Positions 9,757 to 18,643 of a stretch of DNA of 64,000 nucleotides are shown one piece after another (the stretch's first letter is position 1; each line of letters opens with the position of its first letter). The position numbers and the translations under genes were made by a program. The DNA is from a virus: the IMG/VR virus record IMGVR_UViG_3300034061_002572, positions 58,644 to 122,643 of that record; one strand, 5' to 3'. The notes under the pieces are model-generated. The model searched no databases. It was not told the DNA's origin and saw nothing but the letters and a program-made list of their open reading frames with translations.

Positions 9757-11499
9757 TTATATATTAGTGCTGCAAGATTTTAATGTTGTGTTGCATCCGC
9801 ATCCACATGTTGATGTATTATCACAGCAAGACTGAACAGGTGTACACTCATAATCAGGGTCCGTTGCTCCTTGTAAATCTGCTAGTTCTTTTTTTATAAT
9901 CCACTTCTCTCCGGCATCAACATCTGGACAACAGTTGCTTATACCGTATCTTTTTTCAAGAACTATCTTATAAAATATCTCTGATGATTTACATGCGTAC
10001 TTTTCATATTTTTCTGGATCACATGAAGGAACTGAATAACCAGGTTTAATTTTTCTTTTACTTCTATCTAATGGACAATAGTAACTATCACTTTCTTCAT
10101 TTACTAAACAGTCTCCAAATGTTTGAAGAGAATCAGTTTCAGGCCAAGTTACCTTCCATTGCTTAACACATCTTTTAGAACTAGATGTATTTGGTTCCAA
10201 AGTAAATTCAATTTCTTCGTCATTACAATCTATATATTCATATGTTTTTGCTGTAGTTGCAAAATTTGTAATTTTATTGCATATACAGTCTGCTTGTGGA
10301 TTACATTCTGGACAAGTGTCATACTCATTTGTAACAAGAATAGAAATTGGATTTACAGGTTCTCTTGTTGTACCATCAATTTCAAAACAAGTTTTATAAC
10401 CTTTGATTTTTATAATTTTTCCTAGATATTCAAATATATCTGTATCAGTATATATTATATTATTTGGACTATTACAATCTACTAATTTATAATATGTTTT
10501 TTTACAATCCTTACAATTTTTAAACACAAAGTCAATTACTATAGGTTGTGTTGAAGGCGGTATATAATTTATTTCACTTACAGTCCAGCAATCACCACAA
10601 TCTAACTGTACTGTTTTACTAACATACTCTGAAAAATCTTCAGTACTGTATTTAGAAATATATTGATTATCACAACTTGTAAATTTATAAGCAATAATTG
10701 GAAGACAGCTTGGGCAATCATTAAAACTTTCAGAAACAGTAACAGCCACAGCACACTCACAATTTTCATATAATGCTTCTATTTCCCAACAACCATCATT
10801 ACCAGTAATCTTTATTATTTTTTCATTTTGGTAATTATCAAATAATGCTGAACTATACGAAACAACAAGTTCTTGTTCTGTTTTACAATTTATTAATTTA
10901 AAACATACTGGAACTGGAGGTGGAACAGGACATTCTTCACAACTTGCTACAGAAGTAAGAGCTGTTACTTCTTGCCATTCAAGTTTAATATCATCCTCAT
11001 CTGGATCAGGATTAGCTAACTCAAAATATGCACACCCTTCCCAAATAGGAGTAGAAAGTTCGGTAAATAGTTCTGTAATACCATCCTCTACATAATCTTC
11101 AAATAATCCAGCAGGACCGGGTTCTCCATTATTTTGAATATAAACATTTTCACCACCTATTGTAATAGGAAGATTATTAGAACAATTTTTTAAAATATAA
11201 TAGTCTGGATCACATGACAGACAGCTTTCAGCCATGGGTAATGGTGTAGGTGTTATTATCCAATTATAAAATGCTGGAGGAATAAACCCTACACTTGTTA
11301 TATTAAAACAACCTGTAATAGGAGAACCTAAACCATCTACAGTAATTTGTGTTACTATTAGATCTTCATAATATGAAGGAGGAAAATCAGGTGGAACAAA
11401 AGGAGGTAAATACCGTATATATAGTATCTGTCCAGAAACCTCATAAGGAAGACCTGTTTTACAATCATTAAGAGTATACCAAAGTGGTTGAGTAGCCAT
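9757..11499 (-). CDS. Cys-rich repeat virion protein
   Basis: 580 aa; about five repeats beginning Y/F-x-L-x-x-C and ending C-x-x-C. Confidence 0.6.
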   Translation of the reverse strand: MATQPLWYTLNDCKTGLPYEVSGQILYIRYLPPFVPPDFPPSYYEDLIVTQITVDGLGSPITGCFNITSVGFIPPAFYNWIITPTPLPMAESCLSCDPDYYILKNCSNNLPITIGGENVYIQNNGEPGPAGLFEDYVEDGITELFTELSTPIWEGCAYFELANPDPDEDDIKLEWQEVTALTSVASCEECPVPPPVPVCFKLINCKTEQELVVSYSSALFDNYQNEKIIKITGNDGCWEIEALYENCECAVAVTVSESFNDCPSCLPIIAYKFTSCDNQYISKYSTEDFSEYVSKTVQLDCGDCWTVSEINYIPPSTQPIVIDFVFKNCKDCKKTYYKLVDCNSPNNIIYTDTDIFEYLGKIIKIKGYKTCFEIDGTTREPVNPISILVTNEYDTCPECNPQADCICNKITNFATTAKTYEYIDCNDEEIEFTLEPNTSSSKRCVKQWKVTWPETDSLQTFGDCLVNEESDSYYCPLDRSKRKIKPGYSVPSCDPEKYEKYACKSSEIFYKIVLEKRYGISNCCPDVDAGEKWIIKKELADLQGATDPDYECTPVQSCCDNTSTCGCGCNTTLKSCSTNI

Positions 11500-11714
11500 T
11501 AGGTAGTAAATTTATTTAAGTTTTTATATCTTTCCTTACCCCATAGGTTAAGTTTGTTACCTGTTACAGTTTTCTTTGGAGTAACTGTCTCAGTTTCTTT
11601 AGTTGTCTTTACTGGTTTATTTACACAATTAGTACAAGCACTTTTACCATCTGATGTTGTTCTTCTCTGACATCCGCAAGTAATTTTTGATCCACAGTTT
11701 GGACATTTTGACAT
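11499..11714 (-). CDS. Small basic Cys-rich (Zn-binding?) protein
   Basis: 71 aa; CPNC...CGC...CTNC; AAACCAACAAAT upstream of the ATG. Confidence 0.6.
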   Translation of the reverse strand: MSKCPNCGSKITCGCQRRTTSDGKSACTNCVNKPVKTTKETETVTPKKTVTGNKLNLWGKERYKNLNKFTT

Positions 11715-11733
11715 ATTTGTTGGTTTTAAAAGT

Positions 11734-12300
11734 TTAACAATTTGTACAAGACATTTTATTTAAAAGCTTTAATGCATAATTATATAAGCTCATTCCTTTT
11801 TGTGGCTCATGACAAAACTCTACTTTTGACTTAGCAGCATCAAGAAACATTTTTATAAGTCTTAGTTCCTCAAGAATTTTTTTAACTTTTGCCGGAGGAT
11901 CACATGCATTAGCATCTACATCACACAATATCTTATAATATTTATTCATTGCTTGAGTCACTCTCATATAGTTATACTCTACATACACTTGATCATTAGG
12001 AGATACACTATACTTAATGACATATATTCCATCTGGAATATCTAAATACTGGGTTTCACAATTAGTACTTTGTAATTTTAAATCACAAGCTGTTAATGTT
12101 ATATGACCATTATCAACAAAATCATCCATTACATCACCTTCAATCTGAACTGAATAATTAAATCCAGGTACTGTTATATTTAGTGTAGGACAAGATATTG
12201 GTAACAAAGGGTTCATAGCATAAACACTTGTATCAAATATCTTCATGATACATGAGTTCATTACAAACGGAACCTCTAAACTTAATACATGATTTGCCAT
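11734..12300 (-). CDS. Putative tail hub/structural protein
   Basis: 188 aa; DIPDGIYVIKYSVSPN motif seen in crAss-like structural proteins. Confidence 0.5.
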   Translation of the reverse strand: MANHVLSLEVPFVMNSCIMKIFDTSVYAMNPLLPISCPTLNITVPGFNYSVQIEGDVMDDFVDNGHITLTACDLKLQSTNCETQYLDIPDGIYVIKYSVSPNDQVYVEYNYMRVTQAMNKYYKILCDVDANACDPPAKVKKILEELRLIKMFLDAAKSKVEFCHEPQKGMSLYNYALKLLNKMSCTNC

Positions 12301-12311
12301 AATGAAATAAT

Positions 12312-12346
12312 AAAAAAGGGGAGGAGTATGAAACTCAGCTCCCCTT
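12312..12346 (-). terminator. Intrinsic terminator
   Basis: AAGGGGAG...CTCCCCTT inverted repeat with A-tract on the plus strand. Confidence 0.7.
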
Positions 12347-12367
12347 AATTTGTTTTATTTTATAAAA

Positions 12368-13648
12368 TTAAACTGCAGGGCAATTATTACAACCAGGGTA
12401 ATTATAAGTTGGTTCACACGCAGTAACACAACTTTCTTCTTCTAATTCTACACAGTCAGACCCAGTACTTGATAACCAACCATTAACAAAATTTTGAAAT
12501 TCAACTATTTCACCATCAGTGATGATCTCTAATAAGTATTGATCATTGTCAAATGTACTAGTTGGGTTATTGAAACGTGGAACATTATGTAACAAATAGT
12601 ATCTTGTATACAAGTTGTTACGGTTAATGTAATCAAACACACTGTATCCTTGTGTAATCTCACGAATCCTGAAATCACTGTGGAAGAAGTTTTGTCTGTA
12701 TTGTTCAGATAAGATTAGATCTCTTGCGACTGATTCTCCAAGACCCATAGCTTGTCTACCTTCACATTCTTTAACAACACATAGTTGATTAAATAAACAT
12801 GGATCACCATTAAGATCAACTTCAGAAGCATAGATTCTAACTGGCTCAACTTCATAGAAGTCAGTCAATTGGAATGTACAGTTTTCAAATTTAGTGTCTA
12901 CATAAGCACCAACTAATACTAAACCTGCACATTCGCCTTCTTCATATCCTTCAGATACATAGTTGTCCCAAGTATCACCACCATTAACTGCTAACCAAGC
13001 CGCATCTGTTCCTGGTGCGTACCATCTATCACCAGCTTGATCAATTACAATTGGTAACAAGAATGGAGAGATAACCGGGTATCTTACAATTGCTTCAGCC
13101 CATTGAATAAAAATTAAAGTTGAGTCAATTTCTACTGGAGCAATTGCACCTTCTGGACAACATCCTCCATATGCAGAAGCAATAATATATGAGTTGTGGT
13201 TAAGTAATCTTAAAGCAGGAGAACCTTTAACATCAACACGTAATGTGTAAGTCTCACCACAGTAGAATTTTTTACAACAACCAGGGTTTTCATCCGTGTA
13301 TGCTGTACTACCTAAATGAACTATTTCATTTTGTGGTTGACATGGATCTACACGGTAGAATTTGTTAACGTACTTAGGGTTAATTGTTTTAGACTTGTTA
13401 GACTCTAGATACCCTCCGTGGAAAGGACCAATTTTGTCTTTTTGATAAATAGAACCAGATGCTAACACTAAAGGACATGTTGCTCCAGCATCTGAAGGTA
13501 TAATTTCCCAAGTTTTTGCATCCACAAATGCAAACTGCCCACCTTCTAGGATATTACCTGGAGTACCTAGTTTACCAGATAAGCCTTCCGGATTAAATCC
13601 TGCAGTACCTACAAAGGTCTTTTGAAAAGCGTGATTAAAATAAGCCAT
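12368..13648 (-). CDS. Putative structural protein (auxiliary capsid/tail)
   Basis: 426 aa; own late-type promoter and terminator; lies in the structural module. Confidence 0.5.
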   Translation of the reverse strand: MAYFNHAFQKTFVGTAGFNPEGLSGKLGTPGNILEGGQFAFVDAKTWEIIPSDAGATCPLVLASGSIYQKDKIGPFHGGYLESNKSKTINPKYVNKFYRVDPCQPQNEIVHLGSTAYTDENPGCCKKFYCGETYTLRVDVKGSPALRLLNHNSYIIASAYGGCCPEGAIAPVEIDSTLIFIQWAEAIVRYPVISPFLLPIVIDQAGDRWYAPGTDAAWLAVNGGDTWDNYVSEGYEEGECAGLVLVGAYVDTKFENCTFQLTDFYEVEPVRIYASEVDLNGDPCLFNQLCVVKECEGRQAMGLGESVARDLILSEQYRQNFFHSDFRIREITQGYSVFDYINRNNLYTRYYLLHNVPRFNNPTSTFDNDQYLLEIITDGEIVEFQNFVNGWLSSTGSDCVELEEESCVTACEPTYNYPGCNNCPAV

Positions 13649-13713
13649 TGTTTTTTGTTTTAGTTAATAAATAAATATAGTATAATATAATAAAAGTTTT
13701 TTAATTATCCAAA

Positions 13714-14166
13714 TTATTTTAAGAAAAGTAATTTGTATTTAATAGAATTAATTGTAGACTTGATAGTATCTAGATCATTTACTATTTCTGAGTATGGCAT
13801 TTTAGCTTGTAACTTGTTTACCATTTCATAGATTTCTCTAATGTAATCTAAACTTTCTTGTACTGAGTTAAGTGTTCTTGGAGCTACTTCAGAGTAAGTA
13901 AGTAACTTCTCTGTTGCTCCTTGGTATCCTTCTGCTAAATCATCAGCATGTCCGGGTAATGCATCATATAACTCATTAAGAGCTTTGTGAGCTGCATATG
14001 ATCCAGTACCAGTTACTTTAAGATGTAGTTTGTGAATACTGGTTGCAGCATTCATAAGTTCAGATACACATGCTGCTGTCATAGTATCTACAGAGCCTCC
14101 CGCAGGAGCACTAGAGGATAAAGCACTAGTTGCAGCATCTCTTTTTAACATTCTAGGTTTTTCCAT
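13714..14166 (-). CDS. Dps/ferritin-like protein
   Basis: HKLHL.VTG.GSYAAHKALNELYD...ADDLAEGYQG Dps-type ferroxidase pattern; ends IKYKLLFLK. Confidence 0.75.
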   Translation of the reverse strand: MEKPRMLKRDAATSALSSSAPAGGSVDTMTAACVSELMNAATSIHKLHLKVTGTGSYAAHKALNELYDALPGHADDLAEGYQGATEKLLTYSEVAPRTLNSVQESLDYIREIYEMVNKLQAKMPYSEIVNDLDTIKSTINSIKYKLLFLK

Positions 14167-14171
14167 TTTTA

Positions 14172-14870
14172 TTAGTTATTACGTTCAGCTCCTTCTGTAC
14201 CTCTAGAGAATTGGTTTCCAGACTCAATATCTCCAGCAAGTATACTCACAGCCTCATCTATTATTAATTCTATTATATCATCTTTAAATTCAGACTCTAC
14301 TTCTGCAGGAGATGCTACACCAGTATAAGGATCTACACAACCTTGGATTTGAATTTTAATTGGCTGTCTATAATATATAAGGTCAGCGGTTTGTATCTCA
14401 AATTCTCCGTTAGTATAAATGTTGACTCCATTACCTTTTAATGTAGCAAATGTTTCTGCCCATTCAAAGTTAGGTTGCTTAGCTTTATCTCTTAGAAGTT
14501 GATTTAAGTTTCCTTCCTCTGCCAAATACACAGTCATTCTTCTTTTATCACAACATCCTTTGTTGGCAAATACATCTACTCTTTTCCATTGAAGGTATTC
14601 TGCAGGGATAGTTCCTCTGTAGTAATATTCTTTATTCTGGATAGGAAGAGTAACTGTAGTTAATAAAGCTTGTAAATCATCTTTTCTCCGGGTAGATTGT
14701 TCATCACCTTCTTTAACTTGATTAATGCCATGAAGCTGTCTCCGGGTCCATTCAACCTGAGCTTTATTAAAAGCCTCCACAACTTGCCAGCATTCTATAT
14801 TATCATAGTCTTGGCTGTCAAGCTTATTGATTCTTTGTTTTAACTTTATGGTAATAGTACTATTAAGCAT
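14172..14870 (-). CDS. Putative tail ring/connector protein
   Basis: 232 aa; FNKAQ...GDEQSTRRKDDLQ.LL...YYRQP...IELIIDEAV crAss-like ring pattern. Confidence 0.6.
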   Translation of the reverse strand: MLNSTITIKLKQRINKLDSQDYDNIECWQVVEAFNKAQVEWTRRQLHGINQVKEGDEQSTRRKDDLQALLTTVTLPIQNKEYYYRGTIPAEYLQWKRVDVFANKGCCDKRRMTVYLAEEGNLNQLLRDKAKQPNFEWAETFATLKGNGVNIYTNGEFEIQTADLIYYRQPIKIQIQGCVDPYTGVASPAEVESEFKDDIIELIIDEAVSILAGDIESGNQFSRGTEGAERNN

Positions 14871-14873
14871 GTC

Positions 14874-15296
14874 TTATTTCTTTTTGGTTTTTATAGAACC
14901 GCCTTTTTTATGTTTTTTATTTTTAGCTACTTCAGCTTCATAAGATTTTCTAGCTGGATTACTCATATCTCTATATCCAGAATGATCACCTCTTCTAGAA
15001 GTCATAGCATCTTTTCTATATGGATTTGCAGTACCTGAATCACCAAAATCTTGACCATAAGTAAGCTCATAAGCTTTTTTAAGTAATGGTTTATTTTCTG
15101 TAATTTTATTTGCCGCCCCCATCATTGTTGCACTTGTATCAGCAGCAGTTGCTCCTTTAGTTGTCATGTATGATTGGAAAGGGGTTTTAGTTCCACCTGG
15201 CTGAAACTTCTTCATTGACTTCTTTACAACACTTTGTCTAGCTTCATTAGCTTTTCTAAAGAATGTAACTGGATTTTCTTTATTAGTCTTTTTCAT
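14874..15296 (-). CDS. Small Lys-rich protein with KxxxGG motifs
   Basis: ATG at 15296; KKFQPGG and KHKKGG. Confidence 0.7.
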   Translation of the reverse strand: MKKTNKENPVTFFRKANEARQSVVKKSMKKFQPGGTKTPFQSYMTTKGATAADTSATMMGAANKITENKPLLKKAYELTYGQDFGDSGTANPYRKDAMTSRRGDHSGYRDMSNPARKSYEAEVAKNKKHKKGGSIKTKKK

Positions 15297-15297
15297 C

Positions 15298-15666
15298 TTA
15301 TCTGTTTTTAGCAATTTTCTTAAAAGTCTTAGCAAGAGCTTTAGCTCTACCTGTACAACCTGGTTTAGTTATTGGAGTACATTTACCGGCAGTACCTCTT
15401 CTCTTTATAGAAGCTGTAGCTTTCTGTATCCATTTCTTATCAGTAGCCCCTCCTTTTTTTGCCTGATATAATTTAGGTTCTGCTTTAGGCTCTTCTTTTA
15501 TAATAGATGGTTTGTTAACTCCCCGAAGAACTCCTTTTAAAGTTCTTGTTTCTTTAACTTTTTCATCTTCACCATACTTTTTGGTAATTTTAGTTTTATA
15601 ATTACCATCTGGAGAATAATACTTTAACTTGGCTTCTTTTGGATTTTTAGGTTTCTTAGTTGCCAT
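15298..15666 (-). CDS. Small Lys-rich protein
   Basis: 122 aa; QAKKGG followed by a KKWIQKA module. Confidence 0.7.
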   Translation of the reverse strand: MATKKPKNPKEAKLKYYSPDGNYKTKITKKYGEDEKVKETRTLKGVLRGVNKPSIIKEEPKAEPKLYQAKKGGATDKKWIQKATASIKRRGTAGKCTPITKPGCTGRAKALAKTFKKIAKNR

Positions 15667-15668
15667 GA

Positions 15669-16283
15669 TTATTTCTTTTTAACAGAACCACCTTTTTTCT
15701 TAATAACTCCACGGCCTTTAAGAATATCTGCCTTAGTTACTTTACCATCACCTGTAAGATCTGGGAAACCACCTTTTTGAAACTTAGTTCTTGCAGGTTC
15801 TCTCTTACCTATAGCTGTATAACCTTGAGCTTCGGCAGATCTAATTTTACCTGGATAACCTCTTTGTACATTTACAGAAGCACCAAATTTAGCTTTTGAA
15901 GTTTCTGCAGCTTTTTTCTTTTCTTTTTCTTTCTTAGCTTTTCTAGCTTTAACTTTATCAGCAATTGCTTTTCCTGCAATACCTAAAGCTCCTAATATAC
16001 CTGCACCAACTCCTAATTTAGCACTTCTTGTAGAAAGAGGTCCTTTATTGACTGAAGTCATTTCTTGACATCCTTGTATTGTCCAATAATATCCTGGAGG
16101 ACAACCTTTAGATTTAGCTGAACCACCTTTTTTTAGGATTCGGCCTTGTTCAGATCTTGGGTTATTAGAATATCTTGGCATACCAACTAATCCAGTTGAT
16201 CCACCATCTGCTATTTTTTTTATTTTTTTTACAGATCCTCCGGCTTTCATTTTGCCACCACATCCAGTTTTACAAGTTTTCAT
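15669..16283 (-). CDS. Lys-rich protein with several GG motifs, a hydrophobic segment and an EF-hand-like loop
   Basis: 204 aa; KMKAGG, KIADGG, LKKGG, KFQKGG; FPDLTGDGKVTKADIL. Confidence 0.7.
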   Translation of the reverse strand: MKTCKTGCGGKMKAGGSVKKIKKIADGGSTGLVGMPRYSNNPRSEQGRILKKGGSAKSKGCPPGYYWTIQGCQEMTSVNKGPLSTRSAKLGVGAGILGALGIAGKAIADKVKARKAKKEKEKKKAAETSKAKFGASVNVQRGYPGKIRSAEAQGYTAIGKREPARTKFQKGGFPDLTGDGKVTKADILKGRGVIKKKGGSVKKK

Positions 16284-16295
16284 TTTATATATATT

Positions 16296-16577
16296 TTAAC
16301 AGTTCCATTTTCTTAAAGACTTATTGATCCTTGAGTTAGGATCATTAGCTGTCTTAGAGCTTGTTAGTTTTTTCTTCATACCTGACATTCTACTACAGAA
16401 GCTTTTTCTTCTTTTAGCAGATTTGCTATCAGGATCAAGCTTAGAAGGTTTTGTAGTTACAGCTGTCTTAAGTTTACTACCAGGATTAGCTTTTCTATAA
16501 CTAGCTACTCCTTTAGCATTAAGACCACCTGTCTTATTTTTACCTTCAGATCTTGTCCAAGCAGGTGACTTTGCCAT
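16296..16577 (-). CDS. Small basic phage protein (DUF6321-like)
   Basis: MAKSPAWTRSEGKNKTGGLNAKG...RRKSFCSRM...SLRKWNC; family recognised from memory. Confidence 0.65.
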   Translation of the reverse strand: MAKSPAWTRSEGKNKTGGLNAKGVASYRKANPGSKLKTAVTTKPSKLDPDSKSAKRRKSFCSRMSGMKKKLTSSKTANDPNSRINKSLRKWNC

Positions 16578-16897
16578 TATCCTTTCTTTTTAGTAGTTGT
16601 TTTCTTAATAGGAAAACCATTTTTATCATAACCTGGTTTTCCTTTTTTAGATTGTCTATTAATATCTTTACCAGCTTGTTTAGCTCTTTTAAAAGCTTGG
16701 TCAGAGTATTTTGGAGAATTCATATTACGTGCAGCTGACTCATAAGCTTCACGTTCAACTTTTGTATAATAAGCAGTACTATCTGCTGGAGGTTTTACAG
16801 ACATACCTTTTTGAGCTTTTGGTAAACTCTTAGGTTTTTTACCAGCTTTCTTCATTGAGATAGCTATTGCTGCTTGTTGTGCTTTACTTTTTGCCAT
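16577..16897 (-). CDS. Small Lys-rich protein
   Basis: 106 aa; KAQQAAIAISMKKAGK and KAQKG. Confidence 0.7.
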   Translation of the reverse strand: MAKSKAQQAAIAISMKKAGKKPKSLPKAQKGMSVKPPADSTAYYTKVEREAYESAARNMNSPKYSDQAFKRAKQAGKDINRQSKKGKPGYDKNGFPIKKTTTKKKG

Positions 16898-17150
16898 TAC
16901 CTTTTCCTTTATATTTATAATCCGGGTTATCCTTATGCCATTTCTTTGTAGCGGCTACTCCTTGTTTAACAGTCTTAGCTCTACCTTTTGCAGTAAGATC
17001 TATTGTATCCCACTGACCTTTATCTTTGGTAGGATGGTTGACCATTATGTGGCCAACCTTTCCTTCTCCTTTCTTAGTAGTCTTTTTGTATACTACATGC
17101 TTTTCACCACCGGCAGTAACTTTTACTTTCTTAGTCTTTGCCTGTGCCAT
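16884..17150 (-). CDS. Small Lys-rich protein
   Basis: 88 aa; overlaps the next gene. Confidence 0.7.
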   Translation of the reverse strand: MAQAKTKKVKVTAGGEKHVVYKKTTKKGEGKVGHIMVNHPTKDKGQWDTIDLTAKGRAKTVKQGVAATKKWHKDNPDYKYKGKGNGKK

Positions 17151-17152
17151 GA

Positions 17153-17395
17153 TTAAATCTTTTTACCAGCAGCAATGCTGTTAAATTCTTTTGCCTTTTC
17201 AGCAGCCATCTTTTTTACATCATTCATAAGCTTAGCATTCTTCTGAATCTCAGCAGCTCTTTGTAATGTAGACATAGCAGATTCAATTTCCCACTTTCTC
17301 ATGTCTGCTTTGCTACCACCTAAAATAGAAATACCAACTGAAGAAGATTTCTTAGCTGGTGTTGATTTTCTAGTTGTTGTTTTTTTAATTGCCAT
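17153..17395 (-). CDS. Small basic protein
   Basis: 80 aa; KWEIESAMSTLQRAAEI helix. Confidence 0.7.
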   Translation of the reverse strand: MAIKKTTTRKSTPAKKSSSVGISILGGSKADMRKWEIESAMSTLQRAAEIQKNAKLMNDVKKMAAEKAKEFNSIAAGKKI

Positions 17396-17928
17396 TATTT
17401 TCTTTTTTTAGTTTTTACAACTCCACCTCTTTTTTGTTTACTAAAAATAGGACCTGGTTTAGAATAGTTACTTGTTCCAAAATAAGTACCATCACCTCCT
17501 GGTGCAAAACCTTTTTCTCTTTTAAATCTATTAACTTCTTTATTTTTATCAATTGCCTTACTATAGGTAGCCTCAGCTTTATCATATAAAGCATCGGCTT
17601 TTGCTTTATTTGAATTAACAACTTTTTGGGATCTTTGTAATTGATTAACAGCTTTTCTATTAGTTATATTTCTATCAATTCTTTTTCCAGCTAAAGAAAC
17701 TTTATCAGAAAAAGATGGTTTAGTAGAAGATGATGTGCTTGTAGATGGTTTAGAAGTTTTTGGTTGCATTTCTTCATCATACTTATCTTTTAATTTTTTC
17801 CATCTATTCAAATTTGTATTAGGATTAGCCATTTTTTTTGCAATCCTATCTGCTTTGTTAGATCTAGCTGGTACAGTAATACCACTTTGTGCTTTAACTA
17901 ATTTTTTAACTGGTTTCTTAGCTTTCAT
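17395..17928 (-). CDS. Lys-rich protein with KAQSG/KQKRGG motifs
   Basis: ATG at 17928, just after the upstream stop. Confidence 0.7.
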   Translation of the reverse strand: MKAKKPVKKLVKAQSGITVPARSNKADRIAKKMANPNTNLNRWKKLKDKYDEEMQPKTSKPSTSTSSSTKPSFSDKVSLAGKRIDRNITNRKAVNQLQRSQKVVNSNKAKADALYDKAEATYSKAIDKNKEVNRFKREKGFAPGGDGTYFGTSNYSKPGPIFSKQKRGGVVKTKKRK

Positions 17929-17929
17929 C

Positions 17930-18268
17930 TTATACATTTTTAACTCTTCTTCCCATTCCTACTCTAGACTTCTCAGCCTTTTTAGCAGCTAGTTTAGATG
18001 GAGTTAGTTCATACTTAGTTTTTGGTGTATCCTTAGATACCTTTCTTGTAGGCCGGCAGTATTCATTTTTACCACCGGCTCCACAAGGTTTTCCTGATTT
18101 AGTATCTTGCCACTTTTCTGCTTGCCATCTTTTGAGTTCAGAACCTTTTTTGGTTTTTCTCACAGTACCTGATCCTTTTCTACATTTAGCAATTGCTTGA
18201 GAAGCCCTTGCTGAAGGAAACACAGCATACTGTGCTTTTACTCTATGATAGCATGCATCTTTTGGCAT
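17930..18268 (-). CDS. Small basic protein (DUF5872-like)
   Basis: DACYHRVKAQY.VFPSA...LKRWQAEKW...YCRP.RKVSKDTPKT; family recognised from memory. Confidence 0.65.
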   Translation of the reverse strand: MPKDACYHRVKAQYAVFPSARASQAIAKCRKGSGTVRKTKKGSELKRWQAEKWQDTKSGKPCGAGGKNEYCRPTRKVSKDTPKTKYELTPSKLAAKKAEKSRVGMGRRVKNV

Positions 18269-18271
18269 AAC

Positions 18272-18631
18272 TTATCCTCTTCCAGGTGTAGCTTTTTTAG
18301 GAGCTTTACTTCTTGGTTTAGAAGGTTTCTTAGCTGTGTTAGAAGCAGCAGCTTTAGGATTAACACCTGATTTAACACCTTTACTACCAGCAACTTTACC
18401 TGCTTGTATTTTAGCATTAGGATTAACCATTCCACCAGTTTTGTATTTTACTCCAATCTTTTTTCTATCTTCTGCAGACAACTGTGCTACTTGTTTCTTA
18501 TACTTAGGATCATTTGGATTTTTTGGACAACCTTCTCCTCGGCATTTAGCATCCGGATAAAATGCACCTTTGCTACTTACAGAAGGTCCATTAGATAGTC
18601 CACCTTTTTGCATTTTTTTCATTGTTTTCAT
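18272..18631 (-). CDS. Small Lys-rich protein with KxxxGG motifs
   Basis: 119 aa; KMQKGG and KYKTGG. Confidence 0.7.
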   Translation of the reverse strand: MKTMKKMQKGGLSNGPSVSSKGAFYPDAKCRGEGCPKNPNDPKYKKQVAQLSAEDRKKIGVKYKTGGMVNPNAKIQAGKVAGSKGVKSGVNPKAAASNTAKKPSKPRSKAPKKATPGRG

Positions 18632-18643
18632 TTTATTTTAAAT

